The notes beneath the pieces are model-generated. The model saw nothing but the letters and a program-made list of their open reading frames with translations, did not search any database and had not been told where the DNA came from. DNA of 34,890 nucleotides, taken from assembly GCA_900088475.1 (NCBI GenBank), contig FLMG01000104.1:1-34890 (forward strand). Reading direction: 5' to 3'. Positions 12,971 to 23,002 of this stretch are shown here, piece by piece. The translations under genes and the position numbers were made by a program. The stretch's first letter is position 1, and every line of letters starts with the position of its first letter. The stretch comes from Hyphochytrium catenoides (taxonomy: Eukaryota > Protista > Hyphochytriomycota).

Positions 12971-14497
12971 ATGTCAGCCGCCGGTGGGGAAAGAAGAGAA
13001 AGAGGGCTTAAGCCTCATCTCATTTCCTCCTTCCGATTTCTTCCCACGCGCTCTCTCTCGGGCTTTCTCCTCCGAACCATCTTTCTTCTCTTCTTTCTCT
13101 CCTTTGCGGCGGGAGAAGAACATCTTCGCCGCCATCTCCCCGGCAGCAGTAGCATTCTCCTTGGGAGGCCTGCCACTGCCAGCGTTCACCCTCGGCAAGG
13201 CGCCAAGGCAGAAGCTCGCTTCAGATCAGTTCGTCCCGTGAACTCTCTCGCTAAGGCAAGCGAAGGCTCAGCAGGCCAGCTGCCAGGACGAGGTCCAGCC
13301 AGGGCAGAGATTGCAGCAGAAGTACGGGCAGTACGAGCAGCAGCGGCACCGGGCGATGGCATCCAAAGCAGAGTCAAAGGCGTGATTGACTTCTATGGCG
13401 CCAAGGAAGCCGAAGGCTTCTATCTTAGATGGACTAGGGATGTGCTGGAAGCTTATGGGCGGCTCCGGAGTCTGCCAGAGGCTGAGCTCAGAAGAAGCAA
13501 CGCTGATTTCTTCTCCAAGGCAAGGAAAGCGTTGAAAGAAGCGAAAGCCTTTGTAGCCATGGCCCTTCCGCCTGGCGCCATGCACTATCGCCTTGTAAAG
13601 CGCTATGACAGCGTGGCGCGACAGCATCAGGAGGCCGTCCAGCAGAGCTTGATAGCGAAGGCTGCTGTCATAAATGCAGAGAAAGCGCATGTTGAACCGC
13701 TGTTGAAGGGCAATGACTTCGGGGAGAGGCCGCCATCGGAGACCTTGCCTATCGGGGAGAACCTCGACCAGGTCATTGCTCTGTCAAAGGCTAAGCCCCC
13801 GAAGCAAGGCATTCCAGAGCTTGTCCAAGACTTCATGTGGAAGACAGTGCCTACCTGGCAGTTCCTCCAAACTTTCATTCCTCTTTCAAGGGCTAAGGCA
13901 ACGATGCAGCGCATAAAAGAGCTTTCCCTGGAGCTGGAGACAGGGGAAAAAGCGCTCTTGAGTCTTCAAAAGGAAGGAGGGCAAACGGCAGATTCTTTCA
14001 AAGAGCTTTCTTCTCTTCAAAAGCAGCTTAAGTCTCTCTATTTGACTGCCAAGAAAGAGGTTGTTCCACGGACGAGAGGACTGGGCAAGCAAAAAGAGGT
14101 CCCTGCCCAGACGATCCGCCTCAAGTTAGACGGAGAGCAAAAGGAGAGAGAGATCCGAGTTGCGGGAGGAGAAGGAGAGACTGCCACGGTTCTCCCGCAA
14201 GGCGCTCATCCTCAGGAGCACGTCACGGTGGCAGCAGGAGAGCTTGTACTCGCTGAAGCCCGAGCGCAATGGTTGCTGGCCATAAAGACAATGCTCGACT
14301 GGAAGATGAAGGACATGTTTGGAGACAACGAGCCTCCGGCGCTGTATCCTCAGCAGCAGGAGCTGGTCGATGAGGTTGCGACGCTCTCAGGAGTTCTCAA
14401 GCATTTGGACGTGACGGAGAACTTTATCGGGGTTCCAGAGCAAGTTCCGTACCTAGAGCAGCTCTATGCACTGAAGAGAGGAAGAGTTGAAAAATGA
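12971..14497 (+). CDS. Hypothetical secreted alpha-helical protein A (508 aa) with recessed signal sequence and RRHL motif
   Basis: Uninterrupted, complex (non-microsatellite) ORF. First ATG at 12971 (acacaATG). Hydrophobic FLLRTIFLLFFLSFAAG is followed by EEHLRRHL, an Arg/Ala/Ser-rich linker and a charged helical body. TGA at 14495-14497. No known domain recognised. Confidence 0.82.
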   Translation: MSAAGGERRERGLKPHLISSFRFLPTRSLSGFLLRTIFLLFFLSFAAGEEHLRRHLPGSSSILLGRPATASVHPRQGAKAEARFRSVRPVNSLAKASEGSAGQLPGRGPARAEIAAEVRAVRAAAAPGDGIQSRVKGVIDFYGAKEAEGFYLRWTRDVLEAYGRLRSLPEAELRRSNADFFSKARKALKEAKAFVAMALPPGAMHYRLVKRYDSVARQHQEAVQQSLIAKAAVINAEKAHVEPLLKGNDFGERPPSETLPIGENLDQVIALSKAKPPKQGIPELVQDFMWKTVPTWQFLQTFIPLSRAKATMQRIKELSLELETGEKALLSLQKEGGQTADSFKELSSLQKQLKSLYLTAKKEVVPRTRGLGKQKEVPAQTIRLKLDGEQKEREIRVAGGEGETATVLPQGAHPQEHVTVAAGELVLAEARAQWLLAIKTMLDWKMKDMFGDNEPPALYPQQQELVDEVATLSGVLKHLDVTENFIGVPEQVPYLEQLYALKRGRVEK

Positions 14498-14809
14498 TAA
14501 GTGTTTCTCATACTCTCCCTCTCTTTCTTTCTCTCTCTCTCTCTCTCGTTGTCATTGCGAGTCGCTTCTCCTCTGTATCTAGGACAGCGTTGTAATACGG
14601 CAAGAAAGATGAGGAGAGAGTGAGAGAGTTGTCTCTCCTGCTGTTTCTCTCTCTCTCAGCTTGCGCCTCTTTTCTCTAGTCTTCTGTGTTGATAAACAAT
14701 CAATAAGCAAAACATCCACACAAAGGACCTTGGCGTCTCTCTCTCCTTCTTCACTCTCGGTCTGTGCTCTCCGGGTGTCCTCTCCCGTCCCTCTCTCTTG
14801 TTTGCCGCT

Positions 14810-14859
<50 letters not shown>

Positions 14860-15451
14860 AATAAGTGAATGGCCTGTCACGGAGGTAGAAGGGCTATTGA
14901 TTGACTTCAATGATAGGAAAGAGAAGAAAGACTGACTTCGTCATTCATCTCGGTCAGGCGAGAGAGTCCTCTTGTCCTATATAAAGGACAGGGAAGAGAG
15001 ATTTAAGAACAACGGGGAAGAGAGACACCTGGCCCGAGGGAGAGGAAGACTTGCGATCGAAGTCAGAGATAAAGGAGAAGATGGGAAAACGAAAGGAAAA
15101 TGTAGATATTCGTTTCTATTCTGCTGGGAGGTCATGCAGGTATCTTCTAGGTATTTGGGCTGAAGAGGGAGGGAGAACGAGAGAAAGAGAGAGAGAGAGA
15201 GAGAGGAAAAACAGAGGAAGAAGAGAGAAAGCTAAGTAAAGAGCAGAGAAAAAGAAGAGAGAAGGAGGAAATGAAGGAAGAAGAAGAGCCAAGAACCACA
15301 AGCCTCCTATTAATTCCTAAAAGAAGAAGACATCTCTCTCCCCTTTCTCTCTCTCTCTCTCTCTCTCTCCATCTCTTTTCCTCTTTCTCTCTCTCTTTCT
15401 TCATGTCCAACGTCTGCTCCTCTCTTCCTATGTATCTTTCTCTTGTTTCGC

Positions 15452-16830
15452 TTAGGAGTCTCTACGGGCCGCTTTGACGACAGGCTGCTTAAGAGCTTCG
15501 CTTAGCAGCCAAAAAGCATCCATGAGCCGCTGTATTTGCGGCGACCCTGGGGCCTCCTTTGCCTCTCCTTCTCGGTTCAGCGGCGCTGTCCACTCTTCCA
15601 GCTTCACGGCCTTCAACTCTGCGGGCGGCGTGTGCTTTAAGGTCTCAGCCTTGGCCACCACGACTCTGATGTCGCTTCGAAGCTGTGCCTCCAATGCGTG
15701 GATATAATTCACCATGGGTCCAAGCTCTCGGCCCATCTGATAGTCTTTCCCTTCATGTTCAAGGACGCTACCAGCTTTCCGGAGCCATGGAGCGTCCAGC
15801 GTCTCATCGATAAAGGGCTTCTGCCGTGCTGCTTCTCCGCGGCTAGGAGGAGCCTCGAGAACAAGATCGCCTTTGATCACTGTTGGCAGAGTCTTCAGCT
15901 CTTCATCGATGACATGGATCTTCCATAGAGAATCGATGGACAGGACGCCGCTGCTCTCTTCTTCTTTCACCTGCTTGAGAATGCTCAGTAGCGCGCTGTC
16001 CATCTCGTGCAGAGTCTCCGGGAGAACCCTCGCTACGCTGTCCAAAGCTCTGATTCTGCCATCCAAAAACGAGATCCTGTTGATGAACTTGAGGTCTCTG
16101 TCTAACGCCATCCTCTCTGGGCCGTTGAGAAAATTCTCATAGCGCTTCTTCCTCTCGACAACTCTGCCTCCGTGTTCCAATCGGTAGCGCCTGGCATAGT
16201 CCAGCTCCCAGAGCGGGCCAACTTCTTTCCTGAGAAAGGCTCTAACTTCTGCTAATCTATCGATCTTCTCTGTGAGAGCAACGCTGTCCGGGAGAGAACC
16301 CTTGTGATAATGCTCAGTAAGGTCATTGGTCGCTTGGCGGAGAATACGTTGCAAGAGCTCTGCCTTCTGAACCCTTGTCAGCGATGCCGCCGGTTGTCCA
16401 TCGTGCTCTCTGCGAAAAGCAGCAGTGCTTATCGACCGCTGTCCATTCTGCTTGGGCAGAAGACGTTGAGCGGCAGGCCTGCGATGCGCTGGGAAGCGTC
16501 TTCCAAGGATTCCATGTGCCAGTGGCCTTGCTGGTGCTTGTTGCTTGATTCTTGTTGCTCCAGTCTGAGCTGCGACAAGCCTGGCCTGGAGGTGGCGATG
16601 GAAGGAGAGAGAGAGACTCTCAATATTTCTTTCTTCTTCTTCTGCTGCTGCTGCTGCTGCTGCGAGTCTGACTGCTGAAAGCTGGTGCTGGTCCTGTGCA
16701 TGAGAGAGAGAGAAGAAGGAGAGAGCGTATAGGAGAGAGCAGAGGAGAAAGAGTAACGAGGAGAAGGATGGGCAGCAAGGGAAGAAGAAGGAGGAAGATA
16801 GAGTCTTTCTTCTTGAGAAGGTTTCTCTTT
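15452..16830 (-). CDS. Hypothetical secreted alpha-helical protein B (>455 aa; start codon probably in gap 16831-16895), likely distant paralogue of protein A
   Basis: Long complex ORF ending in TAA at 15452-15454. Hydrophobic LLFLLCSLLYALSFFSLSHA|QD, poly-Ala from (GCA)n, HRHLQ, an Arg-rich linker and a helical body. Shares colinear motifs with protein A. No in-frame ATG is visible between the gap and the hydrophobic segment. Confidence 0.8.
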
Positions 16831-17742
16831 NNNNNNNNNNNNNNNNNNNNNNNNNNNNNNNNNNNNNNNNNNNNNNNNNNNNNNNNNNNNNNNNNAGAGA
16901 GAGAAAGTAGCGCGGCACCAGAGAGTCTTAGCTGCAGCTACTGACGCCAGCTCGTGGTCTACTTCCTCTTCTCTTTATAAAAAGCAAAGTGATAACACTT
17001 CTAACATCACCAGAAAGAGAGAGAAGAGGAGAGAGGGAGAGAGAGAGAGAGGGTAATGTCTGTCTGTCTTGGCAGCCTCTTCCAATAACTCAACCCATCT
17101 CCGCGTCGCTATGACTTCTCTGTCTCTGTCTCTCCCTCTCTTTCTCTTTCTGTCTCTCTCTTTTTCTTTTTCTGTCTCTCTCTCTTTGTCTTCCCTCTTC
17201 TTGGGCTCCTTATCTCTCTTTCTAGGCCAGCAAAAAGAATCACGAGGAGCCGCAGCCACGGCTCGATATCCAGTTCCCATGATTCGCATGCACAGAAGAA
17301 AGGGAAGAATGGAAAGGAAGAAGAAAGAGAAGAAGAGAAAAGAGAAAAGGGTAAACCAGCAGCAGCAAGCAGAGACAGGGACACTGAGCAAGAGGGAACT
17401 AGTAGAGCGCGGGAATGACATCGAGAGAGAGAGACACTCAGAGAGAAAGAGAGAGACGCATGGACGAGAGAGAGTGTGTGTCAGAGAGAGAGAGTGAGAG
17501 AGAGAGAGAGAGACGCATGGCTAAGACAGAGGGTGAGAAAAAGACAAAGAGACAGACTAGAGGTATAATAAAGAAGAAATGGAAAGAAGAGAGACAGGAG
17601 AGAGAGACACACAGAGAAAGAGTCGTGGATGTTCCTAATCAAAGGAAAACATCTGCTCCAACTTCTCCTCGAGATTGTCTGCTGCACGATGAGAAGTGTA
17701 AAGAAGAGAAGAGAGACAAGAGAGCCGCGAGGCCCGTATTTT

Positions 17743-17744
<2 letters not shown>

Positions 17745-17815
<71 letters not shown>

Positions 17816-17850
17816 TCTCACTCTATTTCTCTCTCTCTCTCTTTTTCGCT
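17745..17850. repeat. (CT)n microsatellite, representative of dozens of (AG)n/(CT)n tracts across the window
   Basis: Near-perfect dinucleotide run. Similar tracts at ~4960-5105, 11365-11415, 11940-12130, 14815-14855, 25790-26040, 33790-33930 and 34750-34890. Confidence 0.97.
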
Positions 17851-18644
17851 CTCTCTTTCTCTCTCCCTCCTCTTTATTATTGCTTACAATTCCAAGCGTT
17901 TGTCTCTCTTCGAACTCTGACTCTTGTTCTCATGCGGCTTCTTCCTTTTTTCTCTTCTCTCTTCTGCTGCTATTACCGTTTTGATGTCCGCTGTCTTTCC
18001 AGCAAACAGCGAACAGTAAGTAGTTCTAGGGTGTGAAAGAGTGAGAGAAAGAGAGAGATAAAGGAAGGAAGACGAGAGATACCAAGAGACGGAGAAGAAG
18101 AGAAAGATGATCAGAAAAATCTTTGACTGACACCGGAAGGGCGAGACAAAAGAGAGAGTCTGGAAAGGAATGACGGAGAGAGAGACGGAGAGAAAGAAAT
18201 TTGGCAAGCGAGAGAGAGTGAAAGAAGAGATGACGGAGAGAGACAGAGGGAGAGAGACAGAGGCAGAGGAGGAGAGAAGTGGGGAAAGAGAGTGTAAAGA
18301 ATGGTCGAGGAGAACAAGGGAGAGAGAGAGAGAGAATAAGAGAGAGAAAAAGAGAGAGACAGAGAGAGAAGAAGACAAGAGAGGAAGACAGTTTGCCTTA
18401 ATGGAACCGAAGGTGCTCTGACTAGATGTAGTACGTACGGACCCTTGTTGCTTATAAGACCTAGTGTTATATCGCACTTTACGTTGAACGAATGTGCGGA
18501 AAGGGACTATAGTTGTCAGACTATTCCTTCGTCATAGATGCGGGGCTCTCCTCTTCGCCACGGCGTGCCTCTGTCTCTCTCCTCTTCTCTCTCTCCTGTG
18601 CTCTCTGTCTCCCTCTTTCTCTCTTGTCGCATCCCAATTTGCTC

Positions 18645-18684
<40 letters not shown>

Positions 18685-19264
18685 CTCGCTCGCTTTCTCT
18701 CTGCCTCTCTCTCTCTGACTATCTGTCCCTTAACAAAAGGCGTAATATCGAACCCGCCTCATTATTGCAGCGGTTGGCGAGTTCTGACTCTGAAAGACGC
18801 AAGCCAGAACTTAGCGTTCCTCTCAAACAAGGCTGAGAAAGCGCGCGCGAGAAAGAGACAAAGAGAGAGACAAAGAGAGAAAGAGGGCACAAGGCAGCAC
18901 AACAAAAAGAAAAGGAAGAGGATCAGCCGGCGCAGAAGAAGGAGGAGGAAGAGAAAAAAGAAGTAGAGAGAGAGAGAGAGAGAGAGANNNNNNNNNNNNN
19001 NNNNNNNNNNNNNNNNNNNNNNNNNNNNNNGGGGAAAAGAAGAGAAGAGAAAGGAGAAGAAGGAGACAGAGAAAGAAGAGAGAGATAGAGGGTGAAGAAT
19101 GGGATGAGAGACAGAGAGAGAGAAGGGGATACAAGATATAGAGAAGCGCCGAGGCGGGAAAGAAGAGAGAGAATGAATCGTCAGAGTGAGTAGCGGGAGT
19201 AAGGTCCTTTGTCAGGGAGAGAAGAGAGACCAAGTGGAAGAGTGAACATAAGAGAGTGAGAGAC

Positions 19265-19296
<32 letters not shown>

Positions 19297-19390
19297 GGAG
19301 ACGTAGAGAGAGAGAAATGTTCCCCTTTCTTGAACCTGCGCTCTCTCCCTTTTCTGGCTTTACTCTTCCTCTTTTACTTTTCCTTCATGA

Positions 19391-20152
19391 TCATGCGCCT
19401 GATACATTATTCTCCATCCCTTGGACGTAACATACTTCATAGTCATCTCTCCCTTCTTACCCATCTGCTTGGGCGGCCATGGTCTCCGCATCTGAGTTGT
19501 TTTCCCACTCAGTTCCTGCGTATCTTGGTTCTGTTGTTGGCGCCTCGGCGCCTCTAGTTGCGCAGCTTCTGCGTATGCTGCCGGATATCGAGGCTTACTC
19601 ACCGATGTTGGTTGGCTGCCGAGCTTCTTCTCGACGTGCACCACGCGGAGGTGCGTAAGTTAGTCCTATCCTTCCGTCAATTAACGGGAGCAGCGGCAAC
19701 AGCTAGTTGTCCAGCTAAATCTTCGGTTGTTGGCCGGTGATGGCTGCCAAGATTCTCATGTCTTTCTGCTGACCTGGACTTCTTGCGCTCAAAGAAGGCT
19801 CAACTCGTCGCTTGAAAGCTACTACTTCTCTCCCGCACGCGGGACGGAGCATTCCTTCTTCGAGCTGCCCCTATTCCCTGCGGACTGCAAATGAAGGTTT
19901 CTTCCCTTCTTTGGTATCATCCCTGCTCTTGTACGTACTCCTGCTTCTTGTCAGGCCTCTTCTTCCTGTCTAATGATGGGTGCCTTCGGGCATGACTTGC
20001 TCTGGCCTCGTGGTGGTGGAGCTTAACAGCAGCGTCATCGCCACGTTGAGGACATCGTCTTTCATGCTTTTCGGCACTCTGGTCTCAAAATAGTCTCCCG
20101 TGAACCTTGTCATCTCCTTCCGCCGGGCTCCAACCAGAAGCCGGAGGCTCAA
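19391..20152 (-). pseudogene. Decayed ORF with six in-frame TAG/TAA stops that read as Gln
   Basis: A single minus frame over ~254 codons has stops at 19970, 19871, 19715, 19703 (TAG) and 19595, 19457 (TAA), with no internal TGA. Contexts VRRE*GQLEEG and QPKI*LDN*LLPLLPLIDGRIGLTY look protein-like. Confidence 0.45.
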
Positions 20153-20629
20153 TTGATGATTCGTGGCTTTTCAACTCGTTTTCAGCACACCGCTTCTGAT
20201 GTGTCCATCACACCTTCGGTGTGATCCACAAGCCTTCCTTCATATCAACATATTATGCAGCAGTGCATGCGGGCTACCAGGGTCGTCTGTCTGAGAAGTC
20301 TAGTGAGTGGAAAAAGGACAAAGCTCGCTGTCAGTAGTGTGTAGAGCTGCAGTTTTCCCGCTCTCTCTTCGGGAGGAGCTATGCTTTGTGTCATTATTGA
20401 CTGTGCGCAACAGCAGCTCAACAGCTGGTGAAGCATCAATGTGATCGCTCTTCTCTTGCTGATGCTTCTCGGCATCGTCATGGTCATTGGTCTCGATTGG
20501 CGATGGCTTCAAGTCTTCACCGGACTCTCTTCTTGGCGGATTCGTCACCCTTGATGAAGAGAGCGCACAGCAGATTCTGACGCGTATTTCTCTTCCGCAG
20601 TTGGATCCTTCTCTTCTTGCTTGTCTGCT

Positions 20630-20850
20630 GATGATCGACTTTGATGATGGTCTCGACGCTACCTCCTTTCTCTCCTCCTCCTCCTTCTCCTATTCTTTTT
20701 GACCGAGGAGTTCAACTATTATGATTCTTCCTTCTTCTTTTTCCCATAATAGCACTGGTGGAGGAGGAGAACGAGTTGAAAAGACCAAGACGTTCTAGCT
20801 CTTTAAAATATCTCATCTTCTTTCTTCTTGTTCTCTTCCTCTTCTTCTCT
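20630..20850 (+). repeat. Diverged direct copy of 21030-21250 (third member of the inverted-repeat family)
   Basis: tgatgatggtctcgacgc...gaggagttcaactattatgattcttc...ggaggaggagaacgagttgaaaagaccaagacgttctagctc aligns with tgatgatagtctcggcgc...gaagagttcaactatgattcttc...ggcggaggataacgcgttgtagagtccagggctttgtcgc at ~400 bp offset. Confidence 0.75.
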
Positions 20851-21155
20851 CGTTCCACCACGACGCTCTATCGTTTTCTTGGTAAGAGCCAACCCATCAG
20901 AAAAAAAGAGCAGATGATCCTGTTTAAGGAAATCTAACCCAGCATAAAGTAGCCTTTTCTGAAAAATAATGCGATTTAGATTGAAGCGTATTTCTGTCCA
21001 GCAGTTGATTCACCGCTCTAGCTTGTATGATCGAGCGCGATGATGATGATAGTCTCGGCGCCTCGCCCCTTTCTTCTTCTCCTCCTTCGTCTCCTATCAT
21101 TATTCCGGAAGAGTTCAACTATGATTCTTCTTCCCTTCCCGACATTGATGGCGAG

Positions 21156-21351
21156 GGCGGCGGAGGATAACGCGTTGTAGAGTCCAGGGCTTTGTCGCCC
21201 GTCTTCTCTTCTTTGCTCTTCTTCTTCTCCTTTTTCTTCTTCTCCTCTGTCTTCTTCTTCTTCTTTCCCTCCTTGTTAGCTTCATCTCTTACTTCTTCTT
21301 CTTACTTCTTAGCTTCATCTTTTACTTCTTAGTAGTTATTAGTAGTAGCTA
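21156..21351 (-). repeat. Right arm of ~200-bp inverted repeat (partner 10822-11029)
   Basis: Reverse complement aligns with 10822-11029. Ends in tagtagtagcta (21340-21351), the exact reverse complement of 10822-10833. Confidence 0.9.
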
Positions 21352-23002
21352 TGTAGAAATAATTGTGCGAACACTAGTGGTTGTACGGACAAGTGAAGAA
21401 AGCGCAGACAAAGAAGGAGTGTATGTAGGGAGAAAGTGGGGAAGAGAGCAAAAGCACCGAGACAACCCTGTAGAGAGAGAAGGAGAGCGAGAGAGAAACA
21501 GGGGAGAGGAGAAGAAAGATACCTTGCAGACAACATAAATAGAGCCTCGACTCTTTGAGCAGACAGCAGAGAAAACCCACCGCCAGAGTAAAAGCAAGGC
21601 GGAGGAAGCGAAGGAACAGAGCCGGAGAGACGTAGGTATGTCTCACCATCCAGACAAGGCCTAGGGGAGTGACGCTGTTATGCATCACGAATGTTACACT
21701 GAATGCAGATAATCTAGAGTAGCCAGTGTGACTGTATTGGTAAATGTGTTCCACCCTCCTCTTGGGAACATCCTTGTGAGCGAGGACATACACCTCAATA
21801 ACCACCTTCTTCTACTTCATCGCTGTCCTCGTTTGACAGGATGATGGTCTGTGGAAGCGATGATTCTAGAGTTTCCTGACTCCAGATCACGCAGGGCAGC
21901 ACCACCGCAGTCGAGGACTCATCCATTCCGTGGAACGTTGTGACCTGTTGCGCTGTGACCTGTTGAAGTTGTTAGCTAATTGAGGTTGATTTCTATAAGA
22001 AAGAAGCGAGAATATTCTCCATTGGCTTCCTTCCTTTTGAGGAATGGAGGCAACTTTTCAGTCTCGTCCGTCCCTGGTCACTCCAAGAATCGAGTCTATT
22101 CTGTTGTCGACATATTTTAGCTTTGCAGCAGGATCAGTTCGTGTCTGGTAGGTTGTGTTGCTTGCGTGGTGGTTATATTGCTTGGGTTTGAAGAATTGGC
22201 CCCGTGATCTGCTTCAGGAGGCGGTGATAGAACGTGGACGTTTATGAAAAAGATAACATCTGCATCTGTCTGACTGAAGTCGAAGACTAAGACTACTTCT
22301 TCTCCCTGGGCGGCCATGATGAGTTGCTGCTCGCTTGTTGCTGATGTTGACACAAGAAAAAAAGAGAAGAAGGCATGTTCAGAGCTGTCTCCCTGCCTGA
22401 TAATTGCAGTGGTGTGTCATCATACTTCAGTCACCGTCGATAAGAATAGAGAGACTGAATTAAGACCCACCAATGAAGCGCAGACTGTTATTAGAAGAAA
22501 GTGACAACAACGTCAAAGAAGCTGGCGGCGGTGGTGATGGGATGTTCAATGAACATCACAGCAGTAAAAGAAGAAGAAGAGCGAGAGCCTAAGAGACAAT
22601 ACGAAGAAGAAAGAGGTCAGTTCCTCTCAAACAGTGAGGGTCTTGCTCGTTATATCTGTTAGTAAACGGTCTTTCAAGTAAAGAAAGAGAGGAGCAAGAT
22701 CAAAGATGGGGAACGAGAGAAGGTACTACGGAGATAGACTGCCACATCAGCATTATTCCCGCGTCATCAATATATATTTATTATATCCTAGAAGAGAAAG
22801 AGAAAGGGAGAGAGAAAGAAGAAAAAGAGAGAGAGAGAGAGAGAGAGTGAGAGAGAAAAGGAAGAGAGGAAGAAGATGATTGGTTGGTAACATAAGTTAG
22901 ATAAGAGAGCCCGGCGGGAAGAAAGAGCAGAAGGACTCAACGTATGAAAACAAAGTGGAAGATGACAGAAGAGAGACAGAAAGAGAGAGGGAGAGAGAAA
23001 GA

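Noticed and set aside
19391-20152. Alternative genetic code (TAA/TAG = Gln)
   Set aside because: Intact ~500-aa genes contain no internal TAR codons. The P450, the disintegrin-like gene and protein B terminate at TAG or TAA at sensible positions.
10822-21351. Polinton/Maverick or autonomous DNA transposon
   Set aside because: No protein-primed polymerase B, integrase, ATPase, capsid or DDE transposase motif is recognisable inside the inverted repeats.
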